Origin: Gemmatimonadales bacterium
GTDB lineage: Bacteria > Gemmatimonadota > Gemmatimonadetes > Gemmatimonadales > GWC2-71-9
Direction of reading: 5' to 3'
Length of the DNA stretch: 64,000 bases
Assembly: GCA_025934955.1 (NCBI GenBank)
Contig: JAICWE010000005.1
Location: 11,558-75,557 of the forward strand
Shown here: positions 35,727 through 44,859 of the stretch, one piece after another
How the letters are laid out: each line of letters starts with the position of its first letter
Position numbering within the stretch: the stretch's first letter is position 1
The notes under the pieces: model-generated
The model's input: the letters and a program-made list of their open reading frames with translations, nothing else
Told to the model about the DNA's origin: nothing
Database searches by the model: none
Position numbers and translations under genes: made by a program

Positions 35727-36842
35727 ATGAAGTTCACGATCACGCGGGAGCAGCTGCAGGAAGGTCTCTCCGCGGTCGCCGCGAGCGTGCCGTCGAAGAC
35801 CACGCTGCCGGTGCTGTCGAACATCCTGGTCGAGGCGACCCGCGATGGCATCCGGCTCTCCGGCACGGACCTCGACATCGCGGTGAGCACGACGGTGCCG
35901 GCGCAGGTCGATCAGGACGGCGCCATCACCCTGCCCGCACGCAAGCTGGTCGAAATCGTGCGTGAGCTGCCCACTGCCGCCATCCGGATCACCGGCAGCG
36001 GCGAGCAGCGCGTCACGATCGAGTGCGGCCGCTCCAAGTTCAAGCTCCTTGGTCTCCCGCGCGAGGAGTTTCCCGCGTTCCCCGCCGTGAAATTCGACGG
36101 CGCCTGGCGCACTCGCTCCAGCGATCTCCAGAAGCTCATCGGCCACGTCGCCTTCGCCGCGAGCACCGAGGAGAGCCGGCCGATCCTCAACGGCGTGCTG
36201 TGGGAACTCCGCCCCGATCGCATGCGCATGGTCGCCACCAACGGCCACAGGCTGGCGCGGATGGACGTGCCGACCGCGGCCGGCGGCAGCACCGCCCAGG
36301 CCGATCTCATCGTCCCACCCAAGGCCCTCGACCAGATCCGCCGCCTCTTCGACGCGGACGAAGAGGTCGAGATCGCCCGGAGCGAAAACCACCTCGGCTT
36401 CCGCTCGGCGACGACCCAGGTCTTCACCCGGCTCATCGAAGGGCCCTACCCCAATTACGAGCAGGTCATCCCGCGGGAGAACGACAAGACCGTCACCGCC
36501 GACAAGGGCGCGCTGACCTCGGCGCTCCGGCGGATGAGCATCGTCGCCAGCGACCAGACCCACCGGATCCGGCTCGCCTTTGCCGGCGGCGCCTGCAAGC
36601 TCAGCGTCCAGACGCCGGATCTGGGCGAGGCGCAGGAGGAGCTGACCGTCAGCTACGACGGCGATCCGCTCGAGATCGGCTTCAACGCGACCTACCTGCT
36701 CGAGATCATGAAGTTCATCCCCACCGACGAGGTCCGGATGACCTTCAAGGCGCCGGAGCGCGCCGCCACCTGCGAGCCGGTCGGGTGGAACGACCCGGCC
36801 AGCTTTCTCACCCTCGTCATGCCGCTCCGGCTGGTGGACTGA
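35727..36842 (+). CDS. dnaN: DNA polymerase III subunit beta (sliding clamp)
   Basis: ATG 35727 preceded by AAGGAG. 371 aa. 'MKFTITREQLQEGLSAVAASVPSKTTLPVLSNILVEA'. Confidence 0.95.
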   Translation: MKFTITREQLQEGLSAVAASVPSKTTLPVLSNILVEATRDGIRLSGTDLDIAVSTTVPAQVDQDGAITLPARKLVEIVRELPTAAIRITGSGEQRVTIECGRSKFKLLGLPREEFPAFPAVKFDGAWRTRSSDLQKLIGHVAFAASTEESRPILNGVLWELRPDRMRMVATNGHRLARMDVPTAAGGSTAQADLIVPPKALDQIRRLFDADEEVEIARSENHLGFRSATTQVFTRLIEGPYPNYEQVIPRENDKTVTADKGALTSALRRMSIVASDQTHRIRLAFAGGACKLSVQTPDLGEAQEELTVSYDGDPLEIGFNATYLLEIMKFIPTDEVRMTFKAPERAATCEPVGWNDPASFLTLVMPLRLVD

Positions 36843-36924
36843 TCGGGCAAGTGTGATCCAAGTCGCCGCGCCGGGGTGTCGCTCCGCGTTTCTTGGTTGG
36901 TTCACACCCGCCCCGGAGCCTTGC

Positions 36925-37539
36925 ATGATCACCCGACAGAGCGAACTCGACGATGTCGAGCTCGGCCACCCGCGCCGTGGCGCCGGTGCAGGCAGCATCC
37001 TCACCAGCACGCTGGTGGCCGCGGCCGTCGGCGCCGGCGTGGCACTGCTGCTCGCACCCGACAGCGGCAGCAACACCCGGAAGCGCATCCGCAAGCGCTT
37101 CGACGGATTGGAGCTCGGAAAGCAGGCCCGGGCGCTGCGCGACTCCATCAGCGACGAGGCGGGCGATCGCTTCGATGCGATCGCGGAGCGTTGGGAGGAC
37201 CTCCAGGACCGCCTCGAGGCCCAGGTCGGCATCAAGCGCCGCTCCGCCGGACGCGAGGCAGGTATCGGCGCTCTCAGCACCCTGCTCGGCGCCGGGATCG
37301 CGCTGCTGCTCGCGCCGGAGCGCGGCGAGGTGACCCGCGACAAGCTGTCGGAGTCGATCCGGAACTTCCGCGCGGACGCGAGCACCCGCTGGCGCCCGCA
37401 CCGCACCGGCGAGACGCGGCCCTCCGGCTCCGGCTCGGTCGAGGCGGGTGACGACGACTTCGGTGAGGGTGACCGCCGCTCGCCGGTGCGGTCGGTACAG
37501 GAGCTCGGGCGCGAGGACGAGGAGACGACCGGCTTCTAG
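36925..37539 (+). CDS. YtxH-like protein (two YtxH-type repeats)
   Basis: ATG 36925 gives 204 aa. Repeated 'GAGVALLLAPDSGSNTRKRI' and 'GAGIALLLAPERGEVTRDKL'. Confidence 0.6.
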   Translation: MITRQSELDDVELGHPRRGAGAGSILTSTLVAAAVGAGVALLLAPDSGSNTRKRIRKRFDGLELGKQARALRDSISDEAGDRFDAIAERWEDLQDRLEAQVGIKRRSAGREAGIGALSTLLGAGIALLLAPERGEVTRDKLSESIRNFRADASTRWRPHRTGETRPSGSGSVEAGDDDFGEGDRRSPVRSVQELGREDEETTGF

Positions 37540-37556
37540 CGGGCCGGCGTCCGTCA

Positions 37557-37577
37557 GCCCTCGTATCAGGCGAGGGC
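37557..37577. terminator. Hairpin between convergent genes
   Basis: GCCCTCG-tatcagg-CGAGGGC. The stop codon of the minus-strand gene lies in the loop. Confidence 0.35.
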
Positions 37578-38684
37578 CTGCTCCAGGTCGGCTATCAGGT
37601 CGTCCGCGTGCTCCAGCCCGATGGAGCAGCGCAGCAGCCCCTCGGGCGTGCGCGTCGCCGGCCCCTCCACCGACGCGCGGTGCTCGATCAGGCTCTCGGG
37701 TCCGCCGAGACTCGTGGCGCGGGTGAAGAGCCGGCAGCGCGCCGCGACCGACAGCGCGGGTCCGCGACCGCCGGCCACCTCGAACGACAGCATCCCACCG
37801 AACAGCTGCATCTGCCGCCGCGCGACGGCATGCCCCGGATCGCTCTCGAGTCCGGGATAATGCACCGCGCTCACCTTGGAATGTGCCTCGAGAAAGCCCG
37901 CGATCCGCTCGGCGTTCGCGGTGTGCGCCCGCATGCGATACGGCAGGGTGCGCACTCCCCGCAGCACCAGCCAGCACTCGAACGGCGATGGCACCGCGCC
38001 GCCGGTGCGCTGCACCGTCCGAACCCGCGCGAAAAAATCATCGTCGCTCCGCGCCACGACCGCGCCGCCCAGAATGTCGCTGTGTCCGCCCAGGTACTTG
38101 GTGGTCGCGTGCATCACCAGGTCGGCGCCGAGCGCGAACGGCCGCTGGCCCAGCGGTGTCGCCCAGGTGTTGTCGACCGCGACCTGCGCGCCCACCGTGT
38201 GGGCCACCTCGGCGACGGCGGCGATGTCGGTGATGCGGATCAGGGGATTGGATGGCGTCTCCAGCCACACCAGCCGCGTCGCGGGCCGGAGCGCCGCCCG
38301 CACGGCGGCGGGGTCGGTCGTGTCCACGAAGCTGGCCTCGAGCCGCCAGCGCTCGAACACCTCGCGCAGCAGCTTGGCGGTGCCGTAATAGGCGTCGAGC
38401 GGCGCGATGACGTGATCGCCCGCGGCGAGCGACTGGAATATGGCGGTCGCCGCCGCCATGCCCGATGCGAACGCCGCCGCGGCGGCGCCGCCCTCCAGCT
38501 CCATCAGGCAACGCTCGAGCGAGTGCCGCGTCGGGTTGTCATCGCGGCTGTAGATGAAGCTGCTGGGGAGCGTGCCGTCGGCGCGGCGCTCGAAGGTGGT
38601 GCTGAGGTGAATCGGCGGCGTCACGGCGCCGGTGGCTGGGTCGGGCGAGTGCCCGGCGTGCACGGCGAGCGTCTCGATCCGCAC
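37566..38684 (-). CDS. Cys/Met-metabolism PLP-dependent enzyme (cystathionine gamma-synthase / gamma-lyase / beta-lyase family)
   Basis: 372 aa. 'ETLAVHAGHSPDPATGAVTPPIHLSTTF...YSRDDNPTRHSLERCLMELEGG...HATTKYLGGHSD' contains the PLP lysine motif. Confidence 0.85.
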   Translation of the reverse strand: MRIETLAVHAGHSPDPATGAVTPPIHLSTTFERRADGTLPSSFIYSRDDNPTRHSLERCLMELEGGAAAAAFASGMAAATAIFQSLAAGDHVIAPLDAYYGTAKLLREVFERWRLEASFVDTTDPAAVRAALRPATRLVWLETPSNPLIRITDIAAVAEVAHTVGAQVAVDNTWATPLGQRPFALGADLVMHATTKYLGGHSDILGGAVVARSDDDFFARVRTVQRTGGAVPSPFECWLVLRGVRTLPYRMRAHTANAERIAGFLEAHSKVSAVHYPGLESDPGHAVARRQMQLFGGMLSFEVAGGRGPALSVAARCRLFTRATSLGGPESLIEHRASVEGPATRTPEGLLRCSIGLEHADDLIADLEQALA

Positions 38685-38694
38685 GGCCCGACTC

Positions 38695-39612
38695 CTATCG
38701 CGCGGTGTGGCCCAGCGCGGTCAACGTGAAGCTGCTGAATTGGTGCGCCGGCACCGACTGGCCGACGGCGGGCACCGAGATCGTCATCTCGCCCTCATCG
38801 CCGCCTTCGGCCGCGACCACCATGCCGTCGAGCGTCAGATGGTGGACGGCGTGCCGGGTGCCGGTGGACTTCATCTCCATCGGCTGGCCAAACGGCGATC
38901 CCGCGCCGTTCTGGGCGAACGTCCCGCTGCTCTCGATCCGAAGCGTCCGGACCGGACCTTCGGTTTCGATTCCGGTCGCGTGATACGTCAGCGTCGCGTC
39001 TTCGCTGCCGGCAAAGGCATTCACCCGGGTGCCCGTCGTGATCGTGTCGGTCCACGTCGCCCCCACCTTGGCGCCGCCGGGCGGGAGTCGCGGGAAGAGC
39101 AGTCGCAGCGAGCCGCGGAGCTGCTCGCCGATCGAGCTCGTGTCACTGCTGGTCACGTCGGTGAGCTGTCCATCCGGCGTGAGCGCCCCCGTCCAGCGCG
39201 TCCCCTGCGCCGCCCGGAGCGAGTCGAGCGGCACCGTCGCGGTGCCGCCGATCGCGACGATCGAGTCCACCACGAACGTGGCGCGCAGTGGTCCGTGCGG
39301 CGCCGACTCGGCGAGCGTGACCCGGAGGAACGCTGTGCGGTCGAACGTCTGCACCTGTGCGCCGCCGGGAAGCTCGAGCACCATGCTGTCGCGGCGCGCG
39401 AATGCATACGCGGTTGCCGGGGCGGCGCGATACACCACCGCCGCGCCGGACCCGCCGGTGGGATTGCCCGGGGGCGCGGGCGCAGGTGTGGGCGTGGCCG
39501 GCGTTCGGCTGTACGGCGGCGGGCTCGCGGCGGGCTCGCCACTGCGCCCGGCCGAGCAGCCGAGCGCAAAGGCGAGCGCTGTTGTGATCGCCGCGGAACC
39601 CGCCCTGGTCAC
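38695..39612 (-). CDS. Lipoprotein of unknown function (paralogue A)
   Basis: 305 aa. Lipobox 'TTALAFALGC'. Shares 'VVDS...LDSL' and 'FPR..PG.K.G..WTDT' blocks with the upstream ORF. Confidence 0.6.
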   Translation of the reverse strand: MTRAGSAAITTALAFALGCSAGRSGEPAASPPPYSRTPATPTPAPAPPGNPTGGSGAAVVYRAAPATAYAFARRDSMVLELPGGAQVQTFDRTAFLRVTLAESAPHGPLRATFVVDSIVAIGGTATVPLDSLRAAQGTRWTGALTPDGQLTDVTSSDTSSIGEQLRGSLRLLFPRLPPGGAKVGATWTDTITTGTRVNAFAGSEDATLTYHATGIETEGPVRTLRIESSGTFAQNGAGSPFGQPMEMKSTGTRHAVHHLTLDGMVVAAEGGDEGEMTISVPAVGQSVPAHQFSSFTLTALGHTAR

Positions 39613-40394
39613 TTCAGCACCGTCACCGTGGTCGTCTGCTTGATGTGGACCGGGATCGGCGCTGGCGCGAAGGCGCCGCTCACGGAGAGCTGCGACGTCT
39701 CCGAACTGGTCCCTCCGAGGTAACGGCCGTCCGGGGCGACGTACTGCGTCGCGGTGCCGGTGCCGGTGCCTTCGATCGTCGCGGTGCCGCCCGGCGTCTC
39801 CTGCGAGCCCGCCAGCGAGCTGCTGAACGCCGCGTCGATCCGCGTGGCCTTGGCGCCTTCCCGCGGCTCGCTCGCCCCCGCCTTGTAGTTGGTGACGGTG
39901 CGCTTGGTGAGCTGGCCGTTAGGCACGGGGTTGTTCACCTCGCTCGTGTCGGTCCACGCGTCGCCGCTCTTCACGCCCGGCTTCACCCGGGGGAAGAATC
40001 CGCTCAGCATTCCGGTGATCGGCGAGTTGGCGTCGCCGTCCTTCATCGGCTTGAACGCGCCGACCTTGCCATTGGCGCCCAGGAGCCCGTGATACGCGCT
40101 GCCCTTCAGGCTGTCGAGCATGGCCTGAGGAATGACCGAGCCGGTATCGGCGCGGACCGAGTCCACCACCACGTGCGCCGTGCGTCCGCCGGTCGTGTCG
40201 GTGAGCGTGACGGTGACGTAGGCGGCGAGATGCGTGCTGATCGTCTGCTTGGGACCGCCCGCCGCGGTGGCGTCGACTTCCTGGGAGGATGACTGGTCGA
40301 TCTTGTAATGAATCGTCTGCGGTGCGGTCGGGTTGACCGGTGTCGCGAGCGCGCCGGCGGCGAGCGCAAGGACGCTGAGCGAGAGGAGCTGCAT
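39609..40394 (-). CDS. Secreted protein of unknown function (paralogue B)
   Basis: 261 aa. Signal 'MQLLSLSVLALAAGALA'. 4-nt overlap with paralogue A. Confidence 0.6.
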   Translation of the reverse strand: MQLLSLSVLALAAGALATPVNPTAPQTIHYKIDQSSSQEVDATAAGGPKQTISTHLAAYVTVTLTDTTGGRTAHVVVDSVRADTGSVIPQAMLDSLKGSAYHGLLGANGKVGAFKPMKDGDANSPITGMLSGFFPRVKPGVKSGDAWTDTSEVNNPVPNGQLTKRTVTNYKAGASEPREGAKATRIDAAFSSSLAGSQETPGGTATIEGTGTGTATQYVAPDGRYLGGTSSETSQLSVSGAFAPAPIPVHIKQTTTVTVLK

Positions 40395-40443
40395 CTGGGC
40401 CTCGGGTTGGGGATCGGTCGCAAGCAGTTTAGCTGCGCGCCCC

Positions 40444-40493
40444 GCAAAAGGGAAAAGGCGACGGCCTCCCGGATCTCTCCCGAAGGCCGTCGC
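40444..40493 (-). terminator. Rho-independent terminator following rnpB
   Basis: Minus strand reads GCGACGGCCT-N16-AGGCCGTCGC followed by CTTTTCCCTTTTG. Confidence 0.6.
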
Positions 40494-40863
40494 GTGGCCG
40501 GATCGTAAGCCGAGTTCTGTTCCCCACGCGAACGCGGAGGATGGTCATCTGTCTGGGGTCGCCGTCGCCGGCGCCCTCGAGCAGCCTACCCGCGGCTCAG
40601 ACGGTGCGGGCCGCACCTCGCCGCATATTTGGCCTTGCTCCCGCTGGGGGTTGCCGTGCCACCGCTGTTGCCAGCGGCGCGGTGGGCTCTTACCCCACCG
40701 TTTCACCCTTACCCGGTTCCGGCCTTGCGACCGTTGCCGGGCGGTTTGTTTTCTGTTGCCCTGTCCGTCGCCTTGCGGCGCCCAGGCGTTACCTGGCAGC
40801 GTGCCCTGCGGAGCTCGGACTTTCCTCGGACGCCGAAGCGCCCGCGACCATCGCATCCGGCCG
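40494..40863 (-). ncRNA. rnpB: RNase P RNA, bacterial type A
   Basis: The minus strand contains GAGGAAAGTCCGAGCTCC, GCCAGGTAACGCCTGGG, GTAAGGGTGAAACGGTGGGGTAAGAGCCCACCG and ACAGAACTCGGCTTAC in the order found in E. coli M1 RNA. P1 pairing is GGCCGGAT (5') with ATCCGGCC (3'). Ends are accurate to about +/-5 nt. Confidence 0.88.
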
Positions 40864-40868
40864 CGACA

Positions 40869-40897
40869 AAGGTACTCTGCGGACCCGGCTTGCACAA
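40869..40897 (-). promoter_or_regulatory. rnpB promoter candidate TTGTGC-N17-TACCTT
   Basis: Read on the minus strand. The -10 ends about 6-7 nt before the inferred 5' end of P1. Confidence 0.45.
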
Positions 40898-40919
40898 ATA
40901 GCACGATCGTTCGTACTAT
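40890..40919 (+). promoter_or_regulatory. TetR-gene promoter candidate TTGCAC-N18-TACTAT, with the -10 ending 5 nt before GTG 40925 (leaderless candidate)
   Basis: Its -35 hexamer overlaps the -35 of the divergent rnpB promoter. Confidence 0.4.
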
Positions 40920-40924
40920 GGTTG

Positions 40925-41515
40925 GTGCCCACCTCAACCCCCACCCGCGACCGCATCCTCGCCCACGCCGAACGCGTCGCCAGCCGCGATGGGCTCGACC
41001 GACTCACCATCGGCCGCCTCGCCGCCGAGCTCGGGCTCTCCAAGAGCGGGCTCTTTGCCCACGTCGGCTCCAAGGACGCGCTCCAGCTCGAGGTGCTGCG
41101 CCGCGCCGCCGAGCGGTTCCGCGATGCCGTGGTCCGTCCCGCCGCCCGGACCGAACGGGGCGAGCCGCGGGTCCGTGCCTACTTCGACGGCTGGCTCCGC
41201 TGGGCTGCCGATCCCGCCATGCCGGGTGGCTGCCTCATCACCCCCGCATCCTTCGATCTCGACGATCGCCCCGGCCCCGCCCGGGATTTTCTCGCGACAG
41301 CGCAGCGGCAGTGGCTCGACACTCTCGCGCACGCCGCGCGCGTTGCCGCCGACGCCGGGCACTTTCGTGCCGACCTCGACGCCGCGCAGTTCGCCTTTGA
41401 TCTGAACGGGATATACCTCGGATGCGTCTTCGCCGAGCGGCTGCTCGGCGACTCTGACGCGGAGCCCCGCGCACGCCGGGCGTTCGAACGACTGCTGGGC
41501 GACAGCCGGCGCTAG
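40925..41515 (+). CDS. TetR/AcrR family transcriptional regulator
   Basis: GTG 40925 gives 196 aa. 'TRDRILAHAERVASRDGLDRLTIGRLAAELGLSKSGLFAHVGSKDALQLEVL'. The first 128 codons of track ORF 40541..41515 overlap rnpB and are rejected. Confidence 0.8.
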   Translation: MPTSTPTRDRILAHAERVASRDGLDRLTIGRLAAELGLSKSGLFAHVGSKDALQLEVLRRAAERFRDAVVRPAARTERGEPRVRAYFDGWLRWAADPAMPGGCLITPASFDLDDRPGPARDFLATAQRQWLDTLAHAARVAADAGHFRADLDAAQFAFDLNGIYLGCVFAERLLGDSDAEPRARRAFERLLGDSRR

Positions 41516-41526
41516 CCGGCCGCCGC

Positions 41527-44500
41527 TCACCCGGTTTGTTCGCCCAGCCGGGCCAGGCCGCGCACGGCCTGGCGGATGAACGGTTCCAGCGCGCTGTCGG
41601 CGTGCTTCCACTGCGCCAGTACCGCGCGGTACTCGTCACGCGCCTCGGCCGTATGGCCCAGCGCTTCGTGCAGCTCCGCCCGCAGCAGCCGCACTCGCCC
41701 CAGCACGCCCCAGCGGGCGTCGAAGTTCTGGGTCGAGAACACCTGCGTGTCGTATCCGTCGAGTATCCGAAGTGCGGCCTCGTAGTCGCCCACGAGGTAC
41801 AGCGCCTGAGCCGCGAGCGGCCGCTTGAAGTAGAGGTACCCCGTCGGCGACTGGAGCGAGTCGGGCTCCGCCAGCGCGCGGCGCGCGGCCGCGGTGTCGC
41901 TGCGCGTCATCGCCATGATCGCGCGCACCTCCTTCCCCGGGCGGTCGCCGGTGAGAGCCCGCAGCTCGCTCACCGCGGTCGAGTCGTTGTGCACCACCAG
42001 CAGCCCGATCGCCGCGTTGGCGCCGCTCTGCGCGATCTTCCGCCTCGCCTCCGGCGGCGCGCTCCGGCCCGCCTCCGCGGTGGACTGCCATACCCGTCGC
42101 AGCGCCGCCTCCGGCCCGCCTGCCGTGCCGTACAGATCGGCGAGGGAGCTGCGGCGGCGGTAATCGCTCATCGGGCCGCCGCCGTGAAGCTGGAGATCGG
42201 GATACGACTGCTGCTCCACCTGACTCACGAACTCGAGCGCCCGCGCGGCGTTCGACAAGTCGCCCTGATAGGCGAAGACGTTCGCCGCCGACGCCAGCTC
42301 GTCCAGCACCGTCGGCGTGCCGGCGTAGCGGCGGAAATCGCCCGGCGCCGTGGAGTCGAGCGCGATCCGCAGCGTCTGCGCCGCGCGGTCCACCTCGCCG
42401 CTGGCCAGCTGGATCTGCGCCTCGACGAACGGCTCTTCCGGGTGCTGCGGGTTGAGGGCGCGGAACCGGTTGACCTCGCTGTGCGCGCCGGCGAAGTCGC
42501 CGGCCACGATGTAGGCGTCCACCAGCGCGCCGTGGGCCCGCATGGTGGTCGGCTGCTCCGTCACCCAGCTCCGCGCGATCTCGATGTTCTCCTGCCGCGC
42601 ACGCCGGAGCGCCGCCGCGCGGACGCTCGAGTCGGCCGCGCCGCGCGCCTCGCCGACGCGGGTCACCGCGAAGCTGTCACGTGGCTGCAGCGCCAGGATC
42701 GTCCCCGGGCGCGACGTCACCGTCAGCATGAACCGGATGTGATCGTAGGCCAGCGCGTAGTCGGGATCGAGCACCAGCGTGTGCTTGAACGCCCGCAACG
42801 ACTGGGTCCACTGCCCCGCCCGGTTGGACGCGCTGTCGTGGAACCACGCTTCACCGAGGCCGTACCATGCCTCCACGTCGGTGGAGTCGCGCGCGAGGAG
42901 CTGCTGGTACAGTCCGCGGGCGTCGCGGTAGTTCTTCTTCAGGAACGCATCGTACGCGTTGATCAGCGTCCGCTCGTGCGGCGGCAGCCGCTCGGAGTTG
43001 CTGGTCGCCTTGATCATCGCGACGTCGGCGATCGAATCGTCCGGACCGACGATCCAGCCGCGCGTCACCGCCAGCTTGTAGTACGCCAGCCCGAAGCTGC
43101 TGTCGATCGCCGTCGCCCGCCGCAGCTCGTTTTCCGCCGAGACCAGATCCCAGCGGTTCAGGTCCTCGACGCCGGTGAGATAGCGCCGGAACGCCTCGAG
43201 CGACGACGTCGTCGCCTGCACCAGGTCGGTGCGCACTTCGCGCGGGGCGCCGGAGAGATCGAGCAGCTTGGCGGCGAGCTGGTCGAACATCGGCCGCACG
43301 TCGCCACTGGGCCGGCCGGCCACCTCGGCCTGGTCCACGCGCTTGCCGCTGGCCACGTCGAACACGCGCGCGGTGAGGCGCAGCGAATCGCCCGCGTGGT
43401 CGAACTCCCCGAGCACGACGGTCCAGACGCCGGCGTCGCGCGCCAGCGAGCGCGCCAGGTCGAGTCCGATCGCCGAGCTGTCGGTTACGTGCCGCTTGGC
43501 CAGGAGATCGTGCAGCCGCTCGTGGTCCACGACCTGGAGGTCGTTCCACTGCGAGAGGTTGAGCGCCAGCATGCTGACGCTACCCTCGCGCAGCCAGTCG
43601 ACGCTGCCGTCGCGGCGCAGGTTGTCGAACGGCAGCACCAGGATCGAGTGCCGCGGATTGACACCCGCGGGCGGGCCACCCCGGCGTCCCGCGAGCGTCA
43701 CTACCACGCCGGCGAGGAGCGCGGCCGCGATCCCGCCCGCCAGCGCCAGCCGGCGGAGTGGTGAGTGCCGGGCCGGGCGCACCGGCGTCGGCGCGCGGCC
43801 GACGAGCGCGTCGTGCAGCTCGCGGCCGGTCTGCCACCGCATCGCCGGATTCTTCTCCAGCGCGCGCTCGATCGCCGCGGCGAGCGCCGGCGGGCAGTCC
43901 GGCCGCACCCGTTCGATCGGCACCGGCGCCTCGGCGATGTGCTTGCTCACCACGACACGGTTGGGCCCCTGGAACGGCGGGTGGCCGGCCAGCATCTCGT
44001 AGCCGAGCACCCCGAGCGCGTAGAGGTCGCTCCGGCCGTCCACTTCTTCGCCGGCCGCCTGCTCCGGGCTCATGTACGCCGGCGTACCCACCGCGACGCC
44101 TTGGCCCGTCGCGGGCACCGCCGCGGCCGACGGATCCGCGGCCACCGCGCGCGCGATGCCGAAGTCGGCCAGCAGCGCTCGGCCCGACGCGCTGTCGAGC
44201 AGCACGTTTTCCGGCTTGAGGTCGCGATGCACGATTCCGGCACGCCCCGCGGCATCCAGCGCCGAGGCGAGGTCCGCGAGGATGCGCGTCGTCTCCTCGG
44301 GCGTGAGGCGGCGCTGGCGCTGGAGTCGCTGGCGCAGGCTCTCGCCCGGGACGAGGTCCATCGCGTAGTAGAGGAAGCCGCCGGCGTTTCCCCCGGCGTG
44401 CACGGCGACGATGTTCGGGTGGCGCAGCCGGGCGATCATGCGTGCTTCGGCGAGGAAGCGGCGCGCGATCGCGTCGTGGGCGGCGAGCTCGGGATGGATG

Positions 44501-44649
44501 ACTTTGACCGCGACGGAGCGGTCGAGGGCGGTGTCCACCGCGCGGAAGACCAGGCCCATGCCGCCGCGTCCCAGCTCGCCCTCGAGCCGGTACTGCGGCT
44601 CCAGCGCGGATTGCAATTGATCGGCGAGACTGGGTGACAGCTGGTCCAC
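41527..44649 (-). CDS. Ser/Thr protein kinase with TM segment and large periplasmic/TPR region
   Basis: GTG start, 1040 aa. 'GRGGMGLVFRA...VAVKVI...HRDLKPENVLL...DFGIARAV...GTPAYMSPEQ'. TM segment 'LALAGGIAAALLAGVVVTLAG'. TPR-like C-terminal half. Confidence 0.9.
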   Translation of the reverse strand: MDQLSPSLADQLQSALEPQYRLEGELGRGGMGLVFRAVDTALDRSVAVKVIHPELAAHDAIARRFLAEARMIARLRHPNIVAVHAGGNAGGFLYYAMDLVPGESLRQRLQRQRRLTPEETTRILADLASALDAAGRAGIVHRDLKPENVLLDSASGRALLADFGIARAVAADPSAAAVPATGQGVAVGTPAYMSPEQAAGEEVDGRSDLYALGVLGYEMLAGHPPFQGPNRVVVSKHIAEAPVPIERVRPDCPPALAAAIERALEKNPAMRWQTGRELHDALVGRAPTPVRPARHSPLRRLALAGGIAAALLAGVVVTLAGRRGGPPAGVNPRHSILVLPFDNLRRDGSVDWLREGSVSMLALNLSQWNDLQVVDHERLHDLLAKRHVTDSSAIGLDLARSLARDAGVWTVVLGEFDHAGDSLRLTARVFDVASGKRVDQAEVAGRPSGDVRPMFDQLAAKLLDLSGAPREVRTDLVQATTSSLEAFRRYLTGVEDLNRWDLVSAENELRRATAIDSSFGLAYYKLAVTRGWIVGPDDSIADVAMIKATSNSERLPPHERTLINAYDAFLKKNYRDARGLYQQLLARDSTDVEAWYGLGEAWFHDSASNRAGQWTQSLRAFKHTLVLDPDYALAYDHIRFMLTVTSRPGTILALQPRDSFAVTRVGEARGAADSSVRAAALRRARQENIEIARSWVTEQPTTMRAHGALVDAYIVAGDFAGAHSEVNRFRALNPQHPEEPFVEAQIQLASGEVDRAAQTLRIALDSTAPGDFRRYAGTPTVLDELASAANVFAYQGDLSNAARALEFVSQVEQQSYPDLQLHGGGPMSDYRRRSSLADLYGTAGGPEAALRRVWQSTAEAGRSAPPEARRKIAQSGANAAIGLLVVHNDSTAVSELRALTGDRPGKEVRAIMAMTRSDTAAARRALAEPDSLQSPTGYLYFKRPLAAQALYLVGDYEAALRILDGYDTQVFSTQNFDARWGVLGRVRLLRAELHEALGHTAEARDEYRAVLAQWKHADSALEPFIRQAVRGLARLGEQTG

Positions 44650-44693
44650 GTATGGCTCCGGCGGGCAGCGGCGGCCGGGAACGGCGCAAGCCC

Positions 44694-44708
44694 GGTATCC
44701 AAGATACC
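44694..44708. promoter_or_regulatory. AT-containing palindrome GGTATC-CAA-GATACC in the divergent kinase/AraC intergenic region
   Basis: Perfect 6-bp arms. Possible operator, but could also be chance. Confidence 0.2.
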
Positions 44709-44859
44709 AGTCGGGGACGTCGGGCGGCCAGATCTCCGCACTTGGATGCGCTGCCGGACGAAATGGTTGCCCGCCGCGCGATGCCGCTCGCCCGCCTTGG
44801 TTGACCGGCGGTTGAGCGGGGCCGCGTACGCTTGGTGCCGTCCACCAGGAGAGCGGCGC

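Noticed and set aside
36843-37539. Absence of recF and gyrB after dnaA-dnaN; a YtxH-like gene sits there instead.
   Set aside because: The dnaA-dnaN-recF-gyrB order is common but far from universal. This is not evidence of anything unusual by itself.
40541-40924. The first 128 codons of track ORF 40541..41515, and other ORFs across 40333-41073.
   Set aside because: The region is occupied by RNase P RNA on the opposite strand. The TetR HTH begins just after GTG 40925.
44685-44701. Minus-strand TGGATA-ccgggc-TTGCG upstream of the large Ser/Thr kinase, resembling a sigma-54 promoter.
   Set aside because: The spacing is GG-N11-GC, one nt too long. Sigma-54 promoters are intolerant of spacing changes.
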